Part shown: piece by piece, positions 51,727 through 64,000 of the stretch
Numbering within the stretch: position 1 is the stretch's first letter
Layout of the letters: each line of letters opens with the position of its first letter
NCBI RefSeq assembly: GCF_001194135.2
Contig: NC_068982.1
Coordinates: 20,264,127 to 20,328,126, forward strand
Length of the DNA stretch: 64,000 nt
Direction: 5' to 3'
Source of the DNA: Octopus bimaculoides
Taxonomy: Eukaryota
Made by a program: the position numbers and the translations under genes
The notes under the pieces: generated by a model
Told to the model about the DNA's origin: nothing
Database searches by the model: none
Seen by the model: the letters and a program-made list of their open reading frames with translations, nothing else

Positions 51727-51995
51727 TCGTGCCTTCTACTCTAGACTCGGGCGGACCAAAACCTTGTGAGTGGATATGGTAGACGGAAACTGAAAGAATC
51801 CTGTCGCCTATACACATATATATATATATATATANNNNNNNNNNNNNNNNNNNNNNNNNNNNNNNNNNNNNNNNNNNNNNNNNNNNNNNNNNNNNNNNNN
51901 NNNNNNNNNNNNNNNNNNNNNNNNNNNNNNNNNNNNNNNNNNNNNNNNNNATATATATAATTGTGTGTGTATGTGTGCATATGTATGCATATATG

Positions 51996-52026
<31 letters not shown>

Positions 52027-52420
52027 ATGTGGGTGTATACATATTTGTGTGTGTGTGTGGGTGGGTGTGTACTTCTTGTATCATAGTGCCTTAATATGAA
52101 ACACACACCGGTATAATTTCCACTCATCTATTTATTTATTTATTTATATCAGATAGATTTGAGTGTTATATTAATGCACTATGACACCTAGACATATATA
52201 TGTATATGTTTATTCGTGTGTCTGTGTTTGTCCCCCCACCATCGCTTGACAACCGATATTGATGTATTTACGTCCCCGTAACTTAGCGGTTTGGCAAAAC
52301 TGACTGATAGAATAAGTACTAGGCTTACATAGACTAAATTCTGGAGTCGATTTTCTCAATAGAAACCGGTGCTTCCACATGCCCACAATCAAATGATTGA
52401 AACACGTTAAAGAATAAAGG
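51727..52420 (+). mobile_element. SINE family A: end of the 5' half (51727-51810) and 3' half (52220-52420) separated by expanded microsatellite and gap
   Basis: ccttgtgagtggatatggtagacggaaactgaaagaatcctgtcg; later gtttgtccccccaccatcgcttgacaaccgat..cgtccccgtaacttagcggtttggcaaaa..gatagaataagtactaggcttac. Confidence 0.75.
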
Positions 52421-52552
52421 AATAATAGAATACACACATACATACATAAGAACACACAGACGTACAACTCACGCACATATTTACACACACACTTATGTAT
52501 ATGTATGTGTGTGTATATGGGTGTGTGTGTGTGTCTTACCTCTCTCAGTCAA

Positions 52553-52933
52553 TAGCCCTGGTACTGGATGTTTTGGTCTTTATTTGCTGAACCGCTTATT
52601 TATGGGGTCGCTAACATAAATACACCGGTTGCCAAGCGATGTTGGGGACAAACACACACACACAAAAAATTAAAAACGCACCCACACTCACAGGAACACA
52701 TACACACGCGCGCACAGTTACACGTGCGCACAGACACACATAAACACATATACACATACACACACACACACACATGTATACATACCTATATCTACGACGG
52801 GCGTATTTTAGTTTTCCTCTGTTAAATGTACTCCCGATGCTTTTATCGGCCCAAGGCTAAATTAGAAGACATCTGCCCACCTCGGAGCCAAGTGGTTGGG
52901 AAGGAAACTTCTTATCAGATAACCACGCCATCA

Positions 52934-52935
<2 letters not shown>
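52553..52935 (-). mobile_element. SINE family A, old and degenerate, with internal (CA)n
   Basis: Reverse complement of the 3' module at 52553-52655 and a degenerate head at 52790-52935. Confidence 0.7.
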
Positions 52936-52965
<30 letters not shown>

Positions 52966-53016
52966 NNNNNNNNNNNNNNNNNNNNNNNNNNNNNNNNNNN
53001 NNNNNNNNNNNNNNNN

Positions 53017-53058
<42 letters not shown>

Positions 53059-53064
<6 letters not shown>

Positions 53065-53470
53065 GATCTTGATTACTTGGACCGCCTTAAAGCCTTGAAG
53101 CTCTACTCTCTCTAGCGCCGCCGCGAGCGGTACATCATCTGTACGATGTGGAGATAATATACCACCAGCATTGCCCAAACGACCTCAACATTAGTTTCAA
53201 GGTTCATCTAAGGCTGGGACTACGGGCCATACGTCGCCTGCCCAATTCAGGATCACAACATATAGGTACACTGCGGCATAATTTCTTTTCCTCATCAGGC
53301 CCTGCCCTGTTTAACATTGTCCCGAAAGAGTTAAACGAGGAAATGGATCCTATCAGCTTTAAACGGAGTCAAGACAGATTTCTTCAAGGAATACCAGACA
53401 AGCCACCCATACCTGGATACAACTCACTCAATAAGAACTCACTACTTGAATGGACCATAAACAAAACTTG
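53059..53470 (+). mobile_element. CR1/L2-like LINE, 3' end of ORF2
   Basis: LDYLDRLKALKLYSL*RRRERYII..MW, then FSSSGPALFNIVPKEL..FKRSQDRFLQGIPDKPPIPGYNSLNKNSLLEW, typical of the CR1-clade ORF2 C-terminus. Confidence 0.85.
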
Positions 53471-53785
53471 ACTTTAAAAGGATTTAAATAATCCTATCAG
53501 GTGGTGCTATTAAGTTAGTCATGGCCTGGACCAATCTTTGATCGAAACATTTTGGGAATAAATGATGGATTTTTTTTTTCCTTATGAGATTTTTTCACGG
53601 TAGCTCCTTGATAATNNNNNNNNNNNNNNNNNNNNNNNNNNNNNNNNNNNNNNNNNNNNNNNNNNNNNNNNNNNNNNNNNNNNNNNNNNNNNNNNNNNNN
53701 NNNNNNNNNNNNNNNNNNNNNNNNNNNNNNNNNNNNNNNNNNNNNNNNNNNNNNNNNNNNNNNNNNNNNNNNNNNNNNNNNNNNN

Positions 53786-53825
<40 letters not shown>

Positions 53826-54117
53826 CAGAGAGAGAGATTGATAGATGGATAACAAACAGACAGATGCAATCTCATATCTTATAGTCAATGAAATTATTAT
53901 AGCAATATATCTCTGTAACGAGATTCACCAAGAAAGATATAAATCAATGCAAAGAGTGTGTAAAGTCTATGCTTTTTCATTGGATTTAGTGTAGCGTAGG
54001 CATTTTGCGTCTCTTTACTTAAACCCAGAAACACTTGATCTCATTTCTCTAAATTCCAAATGAAATCAGCCAAATATTCACCATATTCTGTAATCTGTCC
54101 TCCTAACTTTACCGCAG

Positions 54118-54173
54118 GATAAAAGCTATCTGTCACGAATACTTCTTGCTGTTGTAAAAGAAATATTAGCAAG
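54118..54173 (+). CDS. Candidate coding exon (phase 0 to 2): DKSYLSRILLAVVKEILA
   Basis: Acceptor tctgtcctcctaactttaccgcag with a CTAAC branch-like motif; only one frame open; AAG|gtatat donor. Confidence 0.38.
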
Positions 54174-54678
54174 GTATATGAAAATATCGTCTTCGAATAA
54201 CCTATTTCATGTGTAAATATTGCTAAAAGTTAGTGATACAGTATGGAATTATAACTAACGTTCAGAAACCTCCACTCTGTTAACATTTATGGGTTAAATA
54301 AAGTACAATACTCTAACATTTAAATTGTTCAACACCACGCTTTCATGACATCTGAGTTCTAAGAGAAACATTTAGATATCTTAGTGTATCAAACTCGTCA
54401 GTATCCGAAATGTAATTCTTTAAATATGTTATATGTCTGATACAATTACTACTTAGCTGCTATCTCTAGTGGTCTGATTAACCGCATAGAATTTCGCTTT
54501 CCAACTAGTCCCTGAAAGTGATATCTAGAAGTACATGTCACCTGGATAAATCTTTAAAACTTCGTATAGTTTCTATAGTGAAGAGATTCAACATTTAACT
54601 AATTTTACATCCTCTTGTACCGTATACATAAATAATAAACCAAGTGTGCATTGTCACCTACAAAGGAAATATATATAC

Positions 54679-54736
<58 letters not shown>

Positions 54737-55856
54737 TTATCTATCTATCTATTTATGTATGTATGAATCACCTTTTCTGAAGAATTCTTGCTCATAAAAT
54801 ATGCATGGTGCAGTATAATGATTTTCCTCTCTTGAAATCCGAAATTTAATCACTGCTGCTTTCTTGTGGCTTTTCTTATCTGAAAAATTTCTTCTGATAA
54901 GAACATTCCAAATAATTACTTAGCGACAAATTCCAACTACGCATTAAATTTACACTTTTAATTGTATATCTCTTAATATAAAATGACTCAATTTTGACAG
55001 CCAGTATATCAATTGATTATTCGCTCTTTGGCTAAATTTTCAATAAGTATTGTTTATTGAAAAAATAAAAAAATTGAGACACACGCACACACCCAAACAC
55101 CCACCCCACACATTAAATACAAGACACATCTTACTATTTTGCAGCATGTATTCATAATTTAGCTGAAATTTTAATTAGAATTCCTCTTTACTAAATGTCC
55201 ATACATTTTCTTATGACACATTTAACAATGGCCTAAATAGTCATGAATATAGTTGATTGTAGAAACGCAATTCGCGAAATTTTGTCATTAAGCTCCTCTT
55301 CTGTATTACCATAACATTTTTCTTTAAGTCATGTAAAAATGAAAATAGAATGGTTACTTTTTTAAGTGAAAAAAGAGAAGAAAATGAGATGCGTATTTTA
55401 ATAAGCATTTCTGTTAGCTTAAGTTGGTTAACCTTCTTAAAAAGTATTTGAGTTCTGAGTGAGAATTCCAAAATGGATTGTGTTTCGTCCGAAATACTCG
55501 ATAATAAATTAAGAAGACTATGCGTTTGAATATTTAATTTATTTTCAAAAAAGGAAAAAAAAAAAAGAAAAAAAAAGAAAAACTAAACAAGGGAATTTCA
55601 TCTCTTATTAAATTGTATTCTGTTTAACACCATCTATGAACACGCAAGCAGTACATTCTAGTTCTGTGTGATTTCAAGAACAAAAAATCCCTCATATTAT
55701 TCGGTCTTCCATTTTTTCAGAGTTGCTCTGATCCAAAAATAGCTCCTTCATTTCTATAGACTCTGTTTTACACCTAATCGCACTCGATATATCGGCAACA
55801 TGTGTTGTTCATTTCTGAAAATTTAGCAGCTATAATTTACACACTCTTACCTCTAG

Positions 55857-55922
55857 ACGGCAACAATTGTCAGAAAGTCTGTCGTCATATATTAGGTATA
55901 TGGTAGCTCAACTGACAACTCA
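55857..55922 (+). CDS. Candidate coding exon (phase 2 to 2, 66 nt): (R)RQQLSESLSSYIRYMVAQLTT
   Basis: cactcttacctctag acceptor, CA|gtaagt consensus donor, phase-compatible with 54118-54173. Confidence 0.4.
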
Positions 55923-56609
55923 GTAAGTCTATTTAGACGTAGTGGCTAATCGACACCTAAACACATTTCCAATATTTAGTTTTATGTGGAAAAAAAAAGC
56001 GACAAGTTCATCAATATGTTATTGTACTATTTATACATATTACCTTGAATGTCTTCGTCAATTTATTCGATCTAATTTTTATTGCTACTTGATCGATGTT
56101 AATTGATAATTTTCGGAGGATAAATTTAAAACATGTCTATCATTAAACGAATTTTCCAGTTGCTATTTAATACTATTCTACCTGTAATTGCCTGACGTAT
56201 CGGAGCGAGTGTGCGCTACATCAAACAGATTCGTCTGTACCAGCAGTACTTTAATAAATCTACTCTGGACAGGAAGTACAGTGGATAAAACGATAAAATT
56301 TAATGAATATATAGAGAGCAGGCTGTGGATATCTATAGAAGTTAAGTCCTGCTCCGAGTACTCAATAACAGCAGAGAGTAGTTGAATTAGAAAATAATAG
56401 TCTTGAATGGATCTTATAAACAAGAGGATTATGAGTGTATACGTGAATTGTTCGCTTCCCTCCATCCGGTGTTGAGACACTGGGATACTTATCACGTACC
56501 GAATGGGTCCTAAAAACAAACGATTCTTGAAATTGCTGGTCTGGTATCTAAATCAGAAACAGTTGTTATTGTCATATTAGTTTTAGATGTTGGAATACTT
56601 CCAGCCGTT

Positions 56610-57195
56610 TTATGAATTGGGCAGGCACTGCGATCTCGCAGGGCGAGGAGCACATCGGCAAAATATTTAGCGGCATTTCTCTAACTGTTCTGAGTTCTGA
56701 GTTAATGGTACCTTTCATTCTTCAGGGTCAATAAAATATAAGTTACAAATTGGGGTCGACTTTATCCAGTTCCACCCTCCCTTAAAAAAAATACCTGGAC
56801 TACTGTCAAAGTTAGAAAAGATCATTACAATTATTAAGATGGTAAACTGGTTGAAGCAGAGCGTCGATGAAAATATCTAACGGCAGTGGGATTTCTTCGA
56901 CTTTACGTTCTGATTATTCCGCCTAGGTTGACTTCGTATTGTATTTCACAGTTCATACAATAAGTACCCGTTGAGCACTGGGGTTGATGATATCGTCTAT
57001 CTCCACTAGAATTGCCCGCTCTGTACTAAAATTTTAAACAATGCAGTCCAGCTGGTAGGAATGTTAGTATGGTAAACAAATTCCTTAACGGTATTTCTTC
57101 CGGTTTTAGTTTCTGAGTTCAAATTCAGCAGACACCTGTAATGTCTTTCATTCTTTCGAAGTCGATAACATGTGTACCAGTTAAGTACTATAGGA
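56610..57195 (+). mobile_element. Three head-to-tail degenerate SINE family B copies (about 56610-56815, 56836-57035, 57042-57195)
   Basis: Each repeats the order head, aaatat.tagcgg.atttc, ttctga(g)tt, ttcat.ctt..g.gtc.ataa, aagtacc.gtt. Confidence 0.72.
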
Positions 57196-60100
57196 GAAAG
57201 GATTATTATTATTACTACCGTTGCTGTTGTTGCTCTGTTTTGTTTTTATTTGTGATGTTGGTGTTGTTGATGTTAATAATATTATTAGCGTTAATCAATG
57301 ACTGTTATTTTTGATATTGTTATTCCACTTGATGTTACTTCCTTCATTCTCATTCGATTATCTCAGATCTGATATCTAGTAACTAAGTTATCATCGATCT
57401 TATAGCATGCCGTGAACAAACGCGACAAACGCAAATAGCAGTATAAAAGGAGTGGTTCGAAACTAGATTTCTCTTTAAAGCTATATTAATTAAATATGCA
57501 AATCTGTAATATATATTCGGGCTATTCACATTTATATTGTTAAACTACTTTAGTGTCCTTTATAATTCAGAAATTTATATTCAACAGATAAAATATATTA
57601 TCGAATCCCTGACAAGATAATTCAATCTTTTTGAATATTTCAGCTATATTACTTTTTAAAACCCTATACTTGAATAATGAATATTAGAAAGTTGTATAAA
57701 TGGCTTCAAGCTTAGAAGTGAGCATAAGAGCGTCGATTGCTTAGATAACGTTTTGTATTTAGTTTGCAATATTAAGTTTCAGAGCACTTACTATTCAAAT
57801 AACAAAATTAAATTAAAATAATAATACCTCTCCAGTGAATCAATTATTGATATCCCATTCAAATTATTATTTCCATAAACTTAGCTTTTCCGTTAATCAG
57901 TAATAACATTTAGGTAAAATCTATAGATGATCTGAGGACATTTTACGGTACAGCGGAATCCTACAAAACTTCAATTATCAAACAAAGAATGTTAGAATGT
58001 GTGCTTGATGAATTATTGCTAGTATAATGTAGTGTAACATTTCATGACAAAGTAACACTGGCAGAGAAATATTAGTGAACAATGGTTTGTCATATATTGT
58101 ATTTAGATATATGGGCATCACAGAAATAATTGCATAAGTATATATATATATATATATATATATNNNNNNNNNNNNNNNNNNNNNNNNNNNNNNNNNNNNN
58201 NNNNNNNNNNNNNNNNNNNNNNNNNNNNNNNNNNNNNNNNNNNNNNNNNNNNNNNNNNNNNNNNNNNNNNNNNNNNNNNNNNNNNNNNNNNNNNNNNNAT
58301 ATTTATGTATACATACATACACATATATGTGCATACATACATATATGTGTATGAGCATACGCACACACATATATATGCATATATTTATATTTATATATAT
58401 ACGCATGTATACGTATAATTTATCTTGTAACGAAGGGTATATTAAATCAACAGTAATTGCATTGAAATTCACTTGCATTGATACACAAAGAAGCGTAGGA
58501 CATCTACATATATAAGTCCAGACAACTTACATGCTGTAGTAGAGTAGGCATATGATGTGACCGTAGTTCTTTCAACACAGGTCTTCATATTCAGAATATA
58601 TTACGTGTCTCTTTGTTTCCATATGCGTCCCTCTCTCTCTCTCTCTGTCTACATCTGTTTATCTTTCTCTCTCTCTCTATCGTCATGTTGATGTGTGTGC
58701 ATGAATGTTTATGCACGCGAGCATTTTTATACCATACTTGGGTAAAACTAAGGAGTTATAATGGCGTTCAAATGTCTAACGATCACCGAATTTAATAAGC
58801 TTATACAAGAAACCGGTGATAGCGGATCCAGTTGGTCATTGAGAACCCTTCACATTCAAGTGTGTAAGATGGCATTGGTTGCAAATCCTCTTAGATTATA
58901 GCAGTGCAGCTCATAAGGCACAATAGGTAAGAAATATGCAACATCATCTGATGGCACAAAAATAAGTTGTCATAAATGTGATGGTATAATTTTATGTTGG
59001 AAGCGACTGTGACAGAAGAAGAAACAAACATTTGAACAAAACACGCAAAATGTGGCATGGACGTATACTTGTACACGTGATAGCAATGATATACCTTAGA
59101 AGGGGTTCTGTTGGTTAGCTCATTAGTTTATGATTCAGGTAATTCATAATTTTCTGTATTGTTTTCTTTCAATTTCGTATCTGAATATCTTCTAAAATAC
59201 AGCGCTTAACCTGTATATATCCATAAATATATCGATATGTATGCACAAACTAACGCACAAGCACATATTTATATATGTCTGTACACACATATCTATGTAT
59301 ATGTATAAAGTGTATACATTGTGGATACACTTAGCTGAAGGTATTTCATGTGTGCGACAGTAACCGCGTTGATTAAAATATTTTTAATTATATTTATTTT
59401 ATTGCCCGGTGTTCTTACAAGTATCATTATTTAATGTTTCAGCATAAACACTAGTTATGTCCCTTTGTCATAAACGATGCCCAGGATAATTGGAACAAAT
59501 ACTGTGATTCCAGCTTCGGATGCATGAATATCGACCGAAGTAAAACTTATGACGACAAAAGTGCAATCATAATAACATAACTATTGGCATCAGCTTCAAC
59601 GTTCGCAACACCTAAACTCTCTCCCACTCTTATATATATAAACAGATATTTATGTATAGATTCATATATATATATATATATATATATANNNNNNNNNNNN
59701 NNNNNNNNNNNNNNNNNNNNNNNNNNNNNNNNNNNNNNNNNNNNNNNNNNNNNNNNNNNNNNNNNNNNNNNNNNNNNNNNNNNNNNNNNNNNNNNNNNNN
59801 NNNNNNNNNNNNNNNNNNNNNNNNNNNNNNNNNNNNNNATATATATACATATATGCACCATATATATATGCACCATTCCCTTTCTCTCTCTCGCTCTCAA
59901 TCTTCCTCCTTGACTCTCTCGTTGCTGACAGGTGACGAAAGATGATCTATCTTTCTTTCTTCCACTTCCTTCCTAAAGACAATACGAGCTTTTACCTGTC
60001 TCTTCTCAAAGCTCGTCCTGCTAGCGTTCATAATCTTCACATCGTTTTGGCTTAACAGTCCTCATCGTTTGTTTTTACTCTCTTGTTCTCACTGTCCAGT

Positions 60101-60752
60101 TTTTGCTACCATTTTCACCCTCCGCAAAAAATCCCAAATTGTTAGTTAATTTGCTTTGCGGGAAGGACTGTTTTAACGACGTCGCGTCTTGTCCTTATCT
60201 TCGAAGCGCATGGTAGGTGAAACAGGGGACAACTGATGAAGGGGAAGGTTCTTTATGTTGCCTGTCTCGTTTCTGTTTGCTTTTTTTTCGTTGTTCAAAA
60301 AAAGTTCATTTTCTATGTTTTTGTTTTTATGTTCTCGTTTCTCATTGTCTACGTTTTTGATGTTCTGTACCCATACATGCATGTATATATACATATAACT
60401 TCTATGCTGTAGTAGAGGGAACATGTTCTTTGTCTGTCTCCTTAACGTCTTGGAGATTTTAGGTATAATTATAATAATGTGCCCATCTGTTCTAATTGAA
60501 TTAAATTCTATGTCTTTGTGTAGCTGACGATTGCTCTACATTTTAAATAGATGTAATGATTGCATTGTTCAATTAAATGGAGTTGCATGAAACGATCGTA
60601 CTGTATTACCTCTGGATATCCTTGTTGCTTATTTTGAATATATACATATATATATGTAGGTATATACATATATGTATGTATATATGCATATATCTATATA
60701 TTATTTATATTACACACACGCGCACACACATGCACACACACACACATACACA

Positions 60753-60800
<48 letters not shown>

Positions 60801-61413
60801 GATAGCTAGCTAGATAGCTAGCTAGATAGATCCTTATGCATGCCTTTATGGCCGTGATTTATTTCCGAATGGAATGTGCACAAATTTTAAAATTCCGTGA
60901 CTCACACGAAGAAAAAAACGAAAAACGGTCAATCATGAAAGAAAATTTTTGCCTTCTATATTTAAGTAGATATCTTATTTATTTTTCATCTGACAGTTTT
61001 TGCTGCTTTCCGACAAATTTTGCTGTGAGGTGCATTTTCAGTTTATAANNNNNNNNNNNNNNNNNNNNNNNNNNNNNNNNNNNNNNNNNNNNNNNNNNNN
61101 NNNNNNNNNNNNNNNNNNNNNNNNNNNNNNNNNNNNNNNNNNNNNNNNNNNNNNNNNNNNNNNNNNNNNNNNNNNNNNNNNNNNNNNNNNNNNNNNNNNN
61201 NNNNNNNNNNNNNNNNNNNNNNNNNNNNNNNNNNNNNNNNNNNNNNNNNNNNNNNNNNNNNNNNNNNNNNNNNNNNNNNNNNNNNNNNNNNNNNNNNNNN
61301 NNNNNNNNNNNNNNNNNNNNNNNNNNNNNNNNNNNNNNNNNNNNNNNNNNNNNNNNNNNNNNNNNNNNNNNNNNNNNNNNNNNNNNNNNNNNNNNNNNNN
61401 NNNNNNNNNNNNN

Positions 61414-61459
<46 letters not shown>

Positions 61460-61882
61460 AACACACACACACACACACATACACATACACACAAACACAG
61501 ACACACACACACATAAAATTTATATATATTCACATCGGCATTATAGTCACTGCAGTGGTACTTGGACCTTAAAACACATGGTGGTTAGATGGAAAGATGA
61601 ACTGCTCATGTATATATGTACATACATATGTATGCATGCGGAAGCATTCGCATGTTTATGTGTATGTGTTTGTCATTACGTACATTGAGGAAGGCAGAAA
61701 CCTTAGGTCTTGGATTATCCAATTTTTTCGCTAGTTTATTTGTTTTTCTGTCTTTTCACCATGTGCTATATTGAATACATGGTGGTATCTTTTAGACAAC
61801 CTTAAATATATATCTATAAATATGTGTGTATATGTGTGTGCATTTATGTGTGTGTGTGTGTGCGTGTGTATATATATATATA

Positions 61883-61928
<46 letters not shown>

Positions 61929-62411
61929 TGTGTACGTATGTATGTATACATATGCTTTCATATATGTTCATACACATATGTACTTTCTGCGTGTGATTGT
62001 GTGTGTATTCACATCTACCGACTTTCACTCTGTCAGGATTTCCTTGATCCATGCAAACTGGATAATGTGTAATAGGAATAGTTCCGTTGCAACAAGTTCC
62101 GGGAACGTCTCATTTAGCAAACTTAAAATTTTATGGAAAACTTGTCCGTTTACCTACCAAACACTTTAGTCTCTGTCTCCACAGGTATTTATCATAACGA
62201 CTTCAGAGCCCATTTGACGGCATACTATTATATAGAAATATACCTATTCTGAAACTAACAACTGCCGTTCTGTTGCCTGGTGTCTCGAGATATCTCAGGT
62301 AATGAAAAGAGCATTTAGTAATCACATCCTCTAAAACTTTGTTTGTCTATCACTACTTGTATACTGGTCATCGGAATTGCCACGATAGAGCTCGATAATC
62401 TGGTGACATAC

Positions 62412-62682
62412 GCAGGAATAGCTTGCTTTCCTGCCACATGGTTCCAGGTTCAGTCCCACTGCGTGGCACTTTCGGCGGCAAGTGTCTTCTATTATAGCTA
62501 CGAGCCAACCAAAGCCTTGTGAGTGGATTTAGTAGACGGAAACTGAAAGAAGCCCGTCGTATATATGCATATATATGTATGCGTGTGTATATGTTTGTGT
62601 GTCTGTGCTTGTCCCCCAACATCACTTGACAACCGATGATGATGTGTTTAGGTCCCTATAACTTAGCAGTTTGGCAAAAGAG
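62412..62682 (+). mobile_element. SINE family A with short internal microsatellite
   Basis: ccacatggttccaggttcagtcccactgcgtggcac..gccttgtgagtggatttagtagacggaaactgaaagaagcccgtcg, (TA)/(TG), cttgtcccccaacatcacttgacaaccgatg..aacttagcagtttggcaaaagag. Confidence 0.9.
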
Positions 62683-63005
62683 TATATATATNNNNNNNNN
62701 NNNNNNNNNNNNNNNNNNNNNNNNNNNNNNNNNNNNNNNNNNNNNNNNNNNNNNNNNNNNNNNNNNNNNNNNNNNNNNNNNNNNNNNNNNNNNNNNNNNN
62801 NNNNNNNNNNNNNNNNNNNNNNNNNNNNNNNNNNNNNNNNNNNATATATATATATCTACCTAGAATTCTTTGGAAAATTCCTAATAATAGCTTCCCAAAA
62901 TTGTAAAGTAAGATTAGATTTAATTTGCTTCCCATAAGGAATAACCAACCAAATAGTTTTGCCTTATTTTTAGTGTAACTATCTTTAAAAGACATCGATT
63001 TACCT

Positions 63006-63480
63006 TTAGAATGAAAAAAATGGTTTCAAATAAGTATTATCTCCCTTCCTCTGTTTGCTATTGACGTATAAATTAAAACTGACATCGTTTATATCCTTAC
63101 AACTAGAATTCGTGTCTCTATTACTAAAGGTAGAATAAAATTGAATGGAATTAATGAAGGTAACTTTATCTGTATAACCTGCTTTAAGTAACGCAGAGTT
63201 ATAAAATTCCGCCTTGTCATTGAACATGTCAACATAGCTTAGACTTTTTAAATGAAATATTGCCTTACAATAATTGCCCTAGAATGATTACTGAATCGGT
63301 TAATATACATAAGAGTGGTCGATGGTTTGTAGTATGGGAAGTACGAATTATTAAGTAAGTTAAGTGTAATATCTAAAAAGTTGGCTTTCTTTACGTCATC
63401 ATAAAAGACGATGCCTAAGCCTATTCTACGGAAAACCTTAACTAAACTATCCTTAACATTTTGTACTTTTTGTAAGCAAG
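63006..63480 (-). mobile_element. Penelope-like element RT C-terminal remnant (second lineage)
   Basis: VKDSLVKVFRRIGLGI..KANFLDITLNLLNNSYFPYYKP...MYINRFSNHS..II; FNDKAEFYNSALLKAGYTDKV. Confidence 0.85.
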
Positions 63481-63509
63481 GGAAAAATACACACACCTGT
63501 CTACCTGTC

Positions 63510-63635
63510 TGACAAAGCTTTGGTCAGCCCGAGGATATAGTAGAAGATACTTGTCCAAGGTTCCTCGCAGTGGGACTGAGCTCCGAAACATGTTGTTGGG
63601 AAGCAAGCTTCTTACAACACAGCCACTCCTGCGCC
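63510..63635 (-). mobile_element. SINE family A, 5' half
   Basis: acaaagctttggtcagcccgaggatatagtagaagatacttgtccaagg..cgcagtgggactgagctccgaaacatg..gggaagcaagcttcttacaacacagccactcctgcgcc. Confidence 0.88.
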
Positions 63636-64000
63636 TAAATTCGGATGTGCTGTTTTTTTTATATTAGTTATTCGATGTCGCTTGGTCGAATATGTATTTA
63701 ATTATTAGTACTCTCAAATTTATAATTAAACTACTATACTGAAGAAGGAAATAAGTGAGTAAATATAAATTTTACATCTCTTTAATCCCGAAAAGCGTAT
63801 GAAGTTAATCAAAGTCGGGTAGATTCTTTCTTTTTTTCTCTTTACTTACGTAAAATAAAAGTATTGCTCTCTGGGAGATATCTTATGGTAGAGGAATAGT
63901 ATTTAACTGTTATTTCTAAATTTCGGTATGTGGTGAAGTAATTTGTTGGACCCTAATTATAATTATGCTTATAATTACAGAATTTTTGTATATACAAATA

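Larger units (their letters stand above)
110..62843. other. About 23 assembly gaps (N runs), most flanked by (TA)n, (CA)n or (GA)n
   Basis: Direct inspection. All long X-rich ORFs in the track are gap artefacts. Confidence 0.95.

Noticed and set aside
56171-56253. Minus-strand 83-nt candidate exon SRFIKVLLVQTNLFDVAHTRSDTSGNYR with a good acceptor
   Set aside because: Isolated, moderate donor, and overlaps an equally protein-like plus-strand frame; cannot be decided by eye.
3461-62995. Long ORFs rich in X, CV, HT, YI, poly-I, poly-Y or poly-L
   Set aside because: They are translations of N gaps and di/trinucleotide microsatellites.

Overview
AT-rich, microsatellite-saturated animal genomic DNA with about 23 N-gaps. 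The SINE families and repeat landscape look like Octopus (a short-read assembly such as O. bimaculoides); this is inference, not a database result. No intact, identifiable protein-coding gene, rRNA/tRNA gene or CRISPR array is supported. Most ORFs in the track are artefacts of (CA)n/(TA)n/(AAT)n repeats or gaps. What can be supported is a graveyard of mobile elements: a Helitron PIF1-like helicase remnant, a maT (DD37D) and several mariner/Tc1 remnants, three Penelope-like remnants, RTE-like and CR1-like LINE fragments, two palindromic MITE/foldback elements and about 20 tRNA-derived SINE copies from at least three modular families. Beyond these, the observations most worth checking are: (i) a degenerate minimal hammerhead ribozyme on an inverted end of a Penelope remnant; (ii) scattered, phase-compatible plus-strand candidate exons with recurring peptide motifs that may belong to an unrecognised host gene or tandem paralogues; (iii) pre-miRNA-like hairpins; (iv) a converging pair of mariner 5' halves; (v) head/core/tail module swapping among SINEs. 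I found no evidence strong enough to claim a new biological system.
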